Shown: positions 39,831 through 48,278 of the stretch, piece after piece
Layout of the letters: the number at the start of each line of letters is the position of its first letter
Position numbering within the stretch: position 1 is the first letter of the stretch
Virus record (IMG/VR): IMGVR_UViG_3300023202_000179
DNA length: 64,000 bases
Direction: 5' to 3' (one strand)
Source: an uncultured virus (IMG/VR IMGVR_UViG_3300023202_000179)
Lineage: Duplodnaviria > Heunggongvirae > Uroviricota > Caudoviricetes
The notes under the pieces: model-generated
The model's input: only the letters and a program-made list of their open reading frames with translations
The model's database searches: none
Told to the model about the DNA's origin: nothing
Made by a program: the position numbers and the translations under genes

Positions 39831-40772
39831 ATGACATCTAATCCAAGAGGTTTCTACGGGCTGTCCTGGCTGCTCTTCATCTTCGCTTCGATCTGCGGAG
39901 CAGCTCTGCTGGTAGGGTGCAACATCGAAGCAGAAGGGGCTGTCAGCTTCGAGACGGACACCGGAGGCAGAGAACCGCTGCCACCGAGACCCCCCGATCT
40001 CGGGCTCGAAGAGTACGAGCCCCCGTTCAAACTGGACCTCCCCGAGGCCCAGGGATGCGATCAACTTGATGTGCTGTTTGTGGTGGACAACTCCGGAAGC
40101 ATGCTTGACAAACAGCAGCAGTTGATTGGGGCGGTCCCTGGCTTCATCGAGCAACTGCAACGCTTGGGGCTCGGCTTCGACATGCACATTGGCGTTGTCA
40201 CGACAGACAGCTACGACGCCAACGCTCCCGGCTGCCGAACCCTCGGGGCGCTCGTGACCCAGAACCTCGACGAGGAGTGCTCGTTCGGTTCGGGTGAGCG
40301 GTTCATGTCGCCTGAGGATCTACAGGCCGGAGCCTTCGAGTGCGCTTTCAATGTCGGCACAGCCGGTCACGCGACAGAGCAGCCCATCCTCGCTCTGCGA
40401 CGAGCCCTGATGCCGTCCAGCAACGGAGACGGGTCCCCCTTCGGGGTCCGGTACGACGAATGTAACGAAGGCTTCCGACGTGAAGGGGCAGCCTTCGTTG
40501 CTGTCATTCTCACCGATGAAGACGCGCAATCCCCGGACAGTCTTGATCGATGGCTCGAAGAACTGGACTACCTTCTTGGAGACGTGACCCAGCTCTACGT
40601 CGGCTTCGTCGCCATGGGCGAGTGCGGGCACAACCCGTCAACACGTCTGTTGGAATTCTTCGATGCGGTTCCTGCGCATGTTTCTTCCGTTTGCGCTGAC
40701 TACTCCGCGGAGTTTGAGGTTGCGACGCGCACCCTCGCAGATTCTTGTGCGGTAGCCGTGCCGCAACTTTGA
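39831..40772 (+). CDS. vWA-domain lipoprotein of myxobacterial type
   Basis: LLVGC lipobox, DVLFVVDNSGSM (MIDAS), HIGVVTTD, FRREGA..ILTDED. Confidence 0.8.
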   Translation: MTSNPRGFYGLSWLLFIFASICGAALLVGCNIEAEGAVSFETDTGGREPLPPRPPDLGLEEYEPPFKLDLPEAQGCDQLDVLFVVDNSGSMLDKQQQLIGAVPGFIEQLQRLGLGFDMHIGVVTTDSYDANAPGCRTLGALVTQNLDEECSFGSGERFMSPEDLQAGAFECAFNVGTAGHATEQPILALRRALMPSSNGDGSPFGVRYDECNEGFRREGAAFVAVILTDEDAQSPDSLDRWLEELDYLLGDVTQLYVGFVAMGECGHNPSTRLLEFFDAVPAHVSSVCADYSAEFEVATRTLADSCAVAVPQL

Positions 40773-40899
40773 AACGGCGCTGATGTAGTTTCGGTGGTAT
40801 AGTTCGGACATGAAACTGCCGTCGAAACCGAGCGACCCTGTTTTTTGGCGGGATCGTACCTCAAACTGCCACCACCGGTCTTCGCCTCGAGGATGAACC

Positions 40900-42585
40900 A
40901 TGGCGCAAGTGAAGTTACCAGCCGGGCTCCCCTCGCGGTGGCAATCCCCCTACGGGATCTCAGAGATTCATGATCTCGCCGCCAGGGGTGACTCGGTAAC
41001 AGCCTGGCAGACGAAAATCAGCGAGTTGAGCTATTCTGCGGTGGCGCGGGACCAGGCCCGAAGCTGGGCGAATCTCATGCAGCCCTTGATGGTTGGCGTG
41101 AACGACACGGCGGGTATTCCTATGAGTGTGGCCCAAACCGTCGTCAACAATATCGGGGACTTTGCACTCAATCCGCCCAAAAACCCAAAGCAGCTGGTTG
41201 AAAGGTTGGCGCGGACGGGGGTCGCGACGGCCATCAACATCGTCGGAGCTATCCCCATTGTGGGTCCGATTGTGGAAGGTGTTGCAGGGTTGGTGGAGAC
41301 GTTGGTGGACACCTACCGTAGGGAGACCCCACCCCCCAAAGACTTCTTGCCGATGCTGAAAGACGACGAGGCCCGAGACGAGTTGCTTGTCAATAACGTG
41401 ATCCTCAACGTGGCAGGCGGATCGTACAACTGGAACGATCTTTTCAGCCCTGTTTTCACGGGGGGGTGGACGGTCGAGCAGCGGTCCAACGGTTGGTTGT
41501 TCCGGGGGAAACAGGTCAGACCTGGGGCGTGCGGCTTCATCCCCGGATCCTTGCAGTGTTCGAGGGAGATCCAAGCATGGTTCTTGACTTGGTCCCAGGT
41601 CGACTGCGCACCCGGGCGCTGCACCGATGAGCAAAAACAGAAAATCGAAGCCCTTTGGGGCACTCCGCAGATCACCGGCGTCTTTGGGAAAAGAGAACCT
41701 GGGGCCAACCGCAAACAAGTCCAGGTGCCCACCACAAACCCATCCAACCGCGGCGGAGACCTTCCAGATTCGATGGATTTAGGTTCTTGGTTGACAGGAG
41801 CGTCCCAATGCATCGCCGAGCTTGAACAGCAGTGCCAGGGATATAGACCGCCGGGGAGTAAGCAAGCGCTTGCCCAATCCCAGATGTGGTTCATCAACCC
41901 CGACCTGATTGCAAAACGGTGGAAAAACTACATCCTGAGCGCCGTCGAGTTCGCCCACAGGCTGTACCACGGCGGGGTGAAGGAAGCGGGAATCGGAAGC
42001 CTCAGTGAAGAGTACCGACAGTTACTGGCCAGAGCATTCCTGAAACAGTTTCTGGTATCCACCCACGATGACAGGAAAGCCGGAGCCTTTTCCTTGCTCA
42101 GCTGGGATTTCAAGCTCACCAAACTCCCCACCAACACCATCTACCACAAGTGGATCCAACCTTGGGCCTCCACCATGATGCAGCGCCAGCGGGCGTTCAC
42201 TGATAGCTATCTTGTCGCGACTGCCCCCTGGGAAGGCGGAGCCTACGAAGACAACCGAGAACTGCGAACTTTGGTGATGGGCAACCAAAGCCGCCTTCTT
42301 CGGCACCCTGCCAGAGACAAAGTAGACCAGAGAGACATCATCGTACCTCAGTACCGGGAAGCGATGTTCGAAAACACAGCGGGGGGCCGTTTGACGTGGG
42401 GTCAGCCCGTCGCAAGGATTACGGAAGGGTTCACCGGCATCGAAACAGCAGCACGCCCGTCACCCCCTCAAGGCGGATCCCCTTTTGAAGGGGCTCTTCC
42501 CAGGGGGGCCCCGTGGTGGGCCGTTAGCGCAGGTCTTGGTATCTCCGGGATCGGCGCGTACCTGTTGTGGAAGATGCGGAGGTGA
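40900..42585 (+). CDS. Large hypothetical protein with C-terminal TM anchor
   Basis: 561 aa; ends WWAVSAGLGISGIGAYLLWKMRR. Confidence 0.65.
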   Translation: MAQVKLPAGLPSRWQSPYGISEIHDLAARGDSVTAWQTKISELSYSAVARDQARSWANLMQPLMVGVNDTAGIPMSVAQTVVNNIGDFALNPPKNPKQLVERLARTGVATAINIVGAIPIVGPIVEGVAGLVETLVDTYRRETPPPKDFLPMLKDDEARDELLVNNVILNVAGGSYNWNDLFSPVFTGGWTVEQRSNGWLFRGKQVRPGACGFIPGSLQCSREIQAWFLTWSQVDCAPGRCTDEQKQKIEALWGTPQITGVFGKREPGANRKQVQVPTTNPSNRGGDLPDSMDLGSWLTGASQCIAELEQQCQGYRPPGSKQALAQSQMWFINPDLIAKRWKNYILSAVEFAHRLYHGGVKEAGIGSLSEEYRQLLARAFLKQFLVSTHDDRKAGAFSLLSWDFKLTKLPTNTIYHKWIQPWASTMMQRQRAFTDSYLVATAPWEGGAYEDNRELRTLVMGNQSRLLRHPARDKVDQRDIIVPQYREAMFENTAGGRLTWGQPVARITEGFTGIETAARPSPPQGGSPFEGALPRGAPWWAVSAGLGISGIGAYLLWKMRR

Positions 42586-42954
42586 ACCAGGGAAATGAAA
42601 ATGGAAATTTGGAAACTTGCAGTAGGAAGTCTCGGAGCGACGGCTGTTGACCTCAACAAGGTAGGGAAGGATAAGCCTTTTTGCGTGTCTGGAGACATAG
42701 ATGCCGAAGCGTTGACCGAAGCATTCGAGCGCCAATGGGACTATTCAGGTCTTATTCCCGGGGATTTCGAAGACCTGGAAGACGCTAAGAGGAAGGCGAA
42801 CGCGGTCGCGATCCGCACCCTTCACGAGTTGTGCCCAGAATCGACGACCAAGAACTGGAGGAAGAGACTCAACAGAAAAGCGCTTGTCGAGATCTACGAC
42901 TCCACTTACAACTGGGCGTTCACTCGCCTCACTTCCTAAGAACGGCTAGGCACG

Positions 42955-43161
42955 ATGCCCTTGTACGTCTACGGCTGTGCCATGTGCGGACACGAGTTTG
43001 AGGAGATCCAGAAGTTCTCCGACAAACCGATCGAGGAGTGTCCCAAGTGCAAGGAGGGCACCGCTTACCGCGTAATCACGGGGACGGCGTTCGCTCTCAA
43101 AGGAGGAGGCTGGTACAAAGACCTGTATGCCAGCCCAAAGCCAGCCAAACAAAAAGACTGA
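42955..43161 (+). CDS. FmdB-family zinc-ribbon protein
   Basis: MPLYVYGCAMCGHEFE..QKFSD.P...CPKC...KGGGWY. Confidence 0.85.
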   Translation: MPLYVYGCAMCGHEFEEIQKFSDKPIEECPKCKEGTAYRVITGTAFALKGGGWYKDLYASPKPAKQKD

Positions 43162-43168
43162 GCCCCTT

Positions 43169-43197
43169 TTGACAGCGACCCAGCTTTGATGTAGGGT
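43169..43197 (+). promoter_or_regulatory. Sigma70-like promoter for a leaderless gene
   Basis: TTGACA-17-TAGGGT, ATG 6 nt downstream. Confidence 0.6.
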
Positions 43198-43203
43198 CGT
43201 CGC

Positions 43204-43725
43204 ATGTCCCTCGAAGACAAGTTGAACCAACACCGTCGGGCAGCTCTCATCGAATACCTGCAAGAGAATCCGGACATGACGTTCGGTGAACTATTGGATG
43301 ACAGTTGTGACGAAGAAGTGCCCGAAATCTTCAACAAGCTGACGTTCGCAGCCCTGGTTTCCAGATCAGGCACCGAGAAGAAGACCGAGACTGACAAGAA
43401 AGCAGCACCCAAGAACGCGGCTCCCAAGAAGTCGAAAACGTCCCGACCTCGACTGTCCACGGCGCATATCAACTCCGAGTACATGCGTTGGCGCAACGCT
43501 CAGAACTTCGGGAACCACTTTTCCATGGCGGAGATCTGTGAACAGACAAACTTGACCCCCCAGCAGGTCAAGAAGGCGATGAAGAACGTCGGTGGAATGG
43601 AGAAGAACGGTATCGGCCCTTCGACCGTCTACGTCGTTGTCGAGAAGCCCCAGCCGGACGAAGACGATGACGATGAACCCACCCGGGTGGTGTCTCCCGT
43701 ATCGATTGCGGAGGGGCGAGCATGA
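43204..43725 (+). CDS. Putative winged-HTH DNA-binding protein
   Basis: FSMAEICEQTNLTPQQVKKAM followed by wing-like strands. Confidence 0.5.
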   Translation: MSLEDKLNQHRRAALIEYLQENPDMTFGELLDDSCDEEVPEIFNKLTFAALVSRSGTEKKTETDKKAAPKNAAPKKSKTSRPRLSTAHINSEYMRWRNAQNFGNHFSMAEICEQTNLTPQQVKKAMKNVGGMEKNGIGPSTVYVVVEKPQPDEDDDDEPTRVVSPVSIAEGRA

Positions 43726-44107
43726 GCGGGAAGATCATTCTTCCCAAGAACCAATCCACGTTCGAAGCTCCCCGCTTTCGGGCTGTCACGGTCGGAGGGA
43801 CGCCTCTGCGGTTCATCGAGCAAACCGCAATGCTCCTCCCCCTCTACCGCAAAGGACCGATGGGACCTGAACCGATCCCCAGGGGCCAAGACCCTCTGGT
43901 CGATCGCGTGTACGAGCACGACATCTGTGTCCACGCATTGCTGCGCGAAGTGGTGGCTCTGCGCGAAGCGCTCGAAGAGGTTTGTCGCAGCAAACCGGAG
44001 GCTTACATGGGCATTGCCGAACGCCTCGAAGCCCGAGGAACACCGACTGCGCAGGATGCGGATGGCGAAACCGGCTCCGAAGTGGTAGACTGAAAGCTGC
44101 CGCGCGC

Positions 44108-44167
44108 GAAAGCCTCGGCTGCGCTTCTCTTGGGACAGGGATTTTGCAGCAGCCGAGGCTTTGTTTT
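44108..44167 (+). terminator. Inverted repeat / terminator
   Basis: AAAGCCTCGGCTGC...GCAGCCGAGGCTTT-GTTTT. Confidence 0.6.
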
Positions 44168-44184
44168 GGGGTTACAATTAGGCT

Positions 44185-44829
44185 GTGCGTCGTTTTTTCT
44201 TATTTTGCTTGTTTGTGTTGGGGTGCGTAGGCCCTGCTTCTGAAAACCATACTCATCATCAGCCGCCCTCGGTCGAGAGCATCGCGGCGAATACGCTAGA
44301 TTCGACTCTCAAGCTCGAAGTCCACAAAGGGGAGAGCTCGGGGCATGGTTCTGCCTGGGTGATCGAACCTGGAGTAGCGATCACTGCGAAGCACGTCACG
44401 GAAGGGAGCGATCGGTTCCGATTGACGACCAGGCCTGGCGAGCAGTGTTCTATCAAGCGGATCCTTGAGGCCCCGGACGAGGACATCTCGATCCTTACGT
44501 TCGAGGGTTGTGAGGTGGATCCTCTGGCGACGAGAGCGCTGCCGGTAGTTGAAGGGACCCTCGCCTATGTCGCAGGGCACCCGTTCTGGAGCTCCTGGTC
44601 ATTCACTGCGGGGATCGTCAGCGACGCGAGCGGCCCTCGCATCCAGCTAGATGCCGTCGGCGAGCCTGGGATGTCAGGAGGACCTGTGGTCGACGAGACG
44701 GGACGAGTCTTCGGGATGGCGGTGTCCATCCTCGGGGACCCGTTCGGACACACGTGGGGCGGCGAGACGTTCGCGGTCCCTGTCGACCGGATTCTGAAGT
44801 TCCTGGACGACGAGGATAAGAACCTCTAA
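44185..44829 (+). CDS. Trypsin-like serine protease lipoprotein
   Basis: TAKHV, EDIS, GMSGGPV catalytic triad; VLGC lipobox. Confidence 0.88.
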   Translation: MRRFFLFCLFVLGCVGPASENHTHHQPPSVESIAANTLDSTLKLEVHKGESSGHGSAWVIEPGVAITAKHVTEGSDRFRLTTRPGEQCSIKRILEAPDEDISILTFEGCEVDPLATRALPVVEGTLAYVAGHPFWSSWSFTAGIVSDASGPRIQLDAVGEPGMSGGPVVDETGRVFGMAVSILGDPFGHTWGGETFAVPVDRILKFLDDEDKNL

Positions 44830-45390
44830 GCCTCTGCTACCTGGTCATCCACGCCCGTGAGCTCAAGCCATCCGTAGGTCTCGAACCAGGTGATTGGGTG
44901 CCCGTACAGGGTCCCGTGGGTCATCTCGAATGGCTGCGAGCCTTCCACGGTCTCGGCGTAGTACCTCTCGGAGTTGGTCTCGACGATGAAAGGCGGCCTC
45001 CCGACCTCCAAGCGCTCCGGGCTTACGAGAACGATTTTTCGGTACCCTGACCGGAGCCTCATTTTCCACCTCTTAGCCGGACACACACCCAGCAGGGGTC
45101 ACCGAGGAGGCATCGTCCGTCACAGGCGGTCTGCTCGTCGATGTCGTCGTCCTCTTGTAGGTGAGGGCGCCTCTTCCCGCTGTGGTAGCCGGATTTGCGT
45201 TGGATAGCGTTGACTGCGTGCCAGTTTCGGGTTTTCATAGAACGAGATCCCAAAAAGCATCAGCTACCAAGTAGACTAGAAACACTAGCACACCAACAGG
45301 TAGAAGAGCAGCCACAACAATGGCACTGGTTTTCAGGAAACGAAGAAACTTACTAGTATTGAAACTTTTCATTGTACTACCCGTGGCCGC

Positions 45391-45939
45391 TTAGGCGACT
45401 TTGTAGCCGAGCGACTCAATCTCTTTGCCGAACCTCCCCCTTGTAGCACACAGAGCGTCCGAATCAAAGTAGTTCTCCCAGGGCTCTTTGAGCTTCGTTG
45501 CGTTCACCACGCTCAGAGGGAGTTCTACGTCAATGGAACGAAACCCCTCCTCCAGTCCGTCTTCGTACCGGATGAGGGTGTGCGAGTAGGGGACGTGGTA
45601 GAAGAGGAGCCCGTCGTACGTGAAGAACGGACCCTCGTAGGTGGCAATGAACTCCCCCAGAGACGTCTTGTGCCCTCGGTCGCGGCACTGCCGGATCCAC
45701 CATGTCACCAGGCAAGTGTACGGGTTCCGCACCACTGAGATCACGCGCTCGCCCCGGTAGACGTCCTGGACCTGCGACGTGTTGAAGCGGGCGTGGTGCC
45801 CGTAGATGAGCTCTGCCCCCGGCTGGGTGAGAAGAGCGTTGCGGATGGCGTTGGAACCTGTTCTCGGGTGAGCGAGGAACAGGAGTTTCCCCGGGACGAT
45901 GACAGCCATGTCAGGCGACTCCAAGATTGACAGGGTCAT
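45391..45939 (-). CDS. Sulfotransferase family 2-like protein
   Basis: FLAHPRTGSNAI (5'-PSB), SVVRNPY (3'-PB), IRYED. Confidence 0.7.
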   Translation of the reverse strand: MTLSILESPDMAVIVPGKLLFLAHPRTGSNAIRNALLTQPGAELIYGHHARFNTSQVQDVYRGERVISVVRNPYTCLVTWWIRQCRDRGHKTSLGEFIATYEGPFFTYDGLLFYHVPYSHTLIRYEDGLEEGFRSIDVELPLSVVNATKLKEPWENYFDSDALCATRGRFGKEIESLGYKVA

Positions 45940-46500
45940 GGAGGGTTAGCTTGGCGGCGGTTCGAAGCCGGGCGGACCTCGGCGATGGAGAGAAACCCTC
46001 GCAGGGGCCGTCCGCCGTGAACGACGACCCCACGTACCGCTGCCCCCCGGTGACGACCACCCAAGGACGCTGGTCACGGAACATGCGCTCGGTGCTGACG
46101 GAGATGGTCTTTTCGGGTCCTGGTTCGAAGATCATGAAGGACATAGGGGGTGCCTCAATATACGGGTTCTATGTGGTCGAGGGCTTGCCATAGAGTGCAT
46201 ACTTCTTCTATGTCTTTGGAGCGCCCTTTGTCCTGCTTGGCGTCCTTGATCTTGGGTTTGTCCTTGAAGACAATTTGACACGCTCCGCACTTCTTTCTCC
46301 CCCTCGGACAAGAACGCTCCGGGTTTTTCTTCCGGGATCGGCTCACGAAGCTCTCTCCGTCTGAGCCTCGTACGAGTCGATGAGAAGGTTCAGTTCGACC
46401 ATTTCCCTTTCCAGGGCAGGATTGAACCGGTGTTCGAGCTCGTTCATGACCTCTTCCACGCGTTCCAGTGCTTCTACGTATTCCATGTGAGTAATGTTCT

Positions 46501-47163
46501 TCATACCGACTTCATCCACTTCCGAGTTGCGGCATAGGGGGTGAATCTGTCTCGCACCAATGCATCCACGTGAACTCCCGTCATCTGGGGGTAGTTGTAG
46601 ATGCCCATCCCCATGCGGTACTCCTTTCCGTGTTTCTTGGCGTAACGTGCGGCGATCTCCGCTAATCGCTTGCGGTCCGAGTAGTTGACCGGGATCAAGT
46701 CGAGAGCGGCGTTACGGATGTGCAGGCTCGAAGGAGCTCCTCCGACCTCGCTGTTGTACCGCTCCGGGCGGAAGGCGTTGTAGATCCGCAAGGGCTCGTC
46801 CAACTCCTTCCGAATCGGCTGGGCTGCTGCCAGGATGGTTCTCACCATCTCGTCCCACAGGTGTTTCGGGGGGATGGCGTGAGTCCCGTAGCGCCGGAGT
46901 CTGGTCAGCTCCTCGGCGGAGAACCAGTCCGTATTGACCCCCTGGTCGCGGAGGTAGGCGTTGTACTCGCGCAGAAGGTCCGCGATTTGCGGGTCCGAGG
47001 CTTTGCCTCGGGCAATCTCCGCAAGACTCGTCCCCTCGGCGAGGGGGATGACGTTCTCGGGACCTTTAGGCCCAGGGACGAGGTAGACAGTGCGGCGTAC
47101 AAGGGCGAGTAGAGCTGCTGTAAGGGATCCAATGCTGATCATCTGCCAAACCTTCACCCTCAA
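46501..47163 (-). CDS. Peptidase M15-family peptidoglycan peptidase
   Basis: YNAFRP..YN..VGGAPSSLH...ALD, GMGIY, VHVD; N-terminal TM. Confidence 0.85.
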   Translation of the reverse strand: MRVKVWQMISIGSLTAALLALVRRTVYLVPGPKGPENVIPLAEGTSLAEIARGKASDPQIADLLREYNAYLRDQGVNTDWFSAEELTRLRRYGTHAIPPKHLWDEMVRTILAAAQPIRKELDEPLRIYNAFRPERYNSEVGGAPSSLHIRNAALDLIPVNYSDRKRLAEIAARYAKKHGKEYRMGMGIYNYPQMTGVHVDALVRDRFTPYAATRKWMKSV

Positions 47164-47212
47164 AGTCTAGCACTTTGATGGTGAGCCGCCCGCCGCGTTA
47201 TTGGCGCAAATG

Positions 47213-47288
47213 TGGAGCCCTGGGACGGGATCGAACCGCCGACCTGCGGAGTACAAAACCGCTGCTCTCCCAGCTGAGCTACCAGGGC
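47213..47288 (-). tRNA. tRNA-Thr (anticodon UGU) with encoded CCA
   Basis: GCCCTGGTAGCTCAGCTGGGAGAGCAGCGGTTTTGTACTCCGCAGGTCGGCGGTTCGATCCCGTCCCAGGGCTCCA; 76-nt cloverleaf. Confidence 0.9.
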
Positions 47289-47486
47289 GGGGCTACTTTG
47301 AAAGGCTTACAGCCGTCCTTCCTGTCCCGTTCCTCTGCAGAGCCCTCGTCCTTGATGGCTTCGACGACCTCGGGGGCGATGGGGAACGCCCAACAGTTCG
47401 GCATCTTGCATCGAAGGTTGCCAATGTCGAACTCCCCCCAGTTCTCATGGAGTCCATGCACTGGGCACCAGCGTTTCTTCCGACCA

Positions 47487-47936
47487 TCATCCATTGGTCA
47501 GCGACTCCAGTGCCTCGAACATCGAGATCCCGTGGCGGAGCACGCCCGCGCGCCACAGCGACGATTCCAGGTCTTCGAGCCCGTGCGAGACCCAATCCTC
47601 ACGGAGTTGGAAGGTTTCGTGGATCCGGTCGATCTCGTCTTCGCCCGATAGGTCTTCGGTGTACGTCCGGACGGCCTCGACGATCTCCTCGATCCCGTCC
47701 GGCTGCGCAGCGAACTTCCGGAGTTGATCGATAGCTTCGCACAAGACGCCAGCGTGATCATCGTCTTCGGCGACGTCACCCTTGAGCGAACGCCGGAACT
47801 CCGCCCAGTACGAGTCTGGGATGATGTCATCCTCCTTGCCGGAAACGCGGTTGGCGAGCTCCTGTTCTAGCGCAGTGATTCGGGCGGAGGCGTCAGCGAG
47901 CTCCTGTTCAAGTTGGGCTTGGGTCTTGCGGCTCAT
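47487..47936 (-). CDS. Coiled-coil acidic hypothetical protein
   Basis: 149 aa, operon-packed. Confidence 0.55.
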   Translation of the reverse strand: MSRKTQAQLEQELADASARITALEQELANRVSGKEDDIIPDSYWAEFRRSLKGDVAEDDDHAGVLCEAIDQLRKFAAQPDGIEEIVEAVRTYTEDLSGEDEIDRIHETFQLREDWVSHGLEDLESSLWRAGVLRHGISMFEALESLTNG

Positions 47937-47942
47937 TCTTAC

Positions 47943-48278
47943 TCATCTTCCCATCGCTTTGTCTGCGATCTTTTTCATTGCGAGCCCGCCCCAGGCGAGA
48001 GACGCCTGCAACGCTTTGCTGTCTTCGAGTTTTTCCTTCGCCCGCATTGCGGGGGCAATGTACCCCCAGTGCCGGGCGAACCAGGCGGAGATCTCCTTGG
48101 CAGGTTGGAGCTCACCTGCAGCGATGCTTTTGGCTCTGGCAACGCCGGTGGACGTCGCTCCGCGCTTGGACTTGGGGATCGTCGGACGGGTCTTGAGGAA
48201 CCTCCTGGCGTTCGCCCGGGACTCTTTGTTAGGCACGACCCAGGTCTCGTCGTCGTAGCGGTGCGGTCCTTGTTTCAT
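47943..48278 (-). CDS. Conserved phage hypothetical protein
   Basis: G.T.TGVARA..IA.G...FARH...AWGG motif seen in phage proteins. Confidence 0.55.
   Translation of the reverse strand: MKQGPHRYDDETWVVPNKESRANARRFLKTRPTIPKSKRGATSTGVARAKSIAAGELQPAKEISAWFARHWGYIAPAMRAKEKLEDSKALQASLAWGGLAMKKIADKAMGR

Noticed and set aside
44188..44208. Possible target of the orphan-repeat guide at the protease gene start
   Set aside because: Only ~13/15 match in low-complexity T-rich sequence, with seed mismatches.
47213..47288. tRNA as att site for the integrase, or as tRNA-Tyr(GUA)
   Set aside because: No duplicated tRNA 3' end was seen in the window; the 7-nt loop register, short variable arm and acceptor stem fit Thr.
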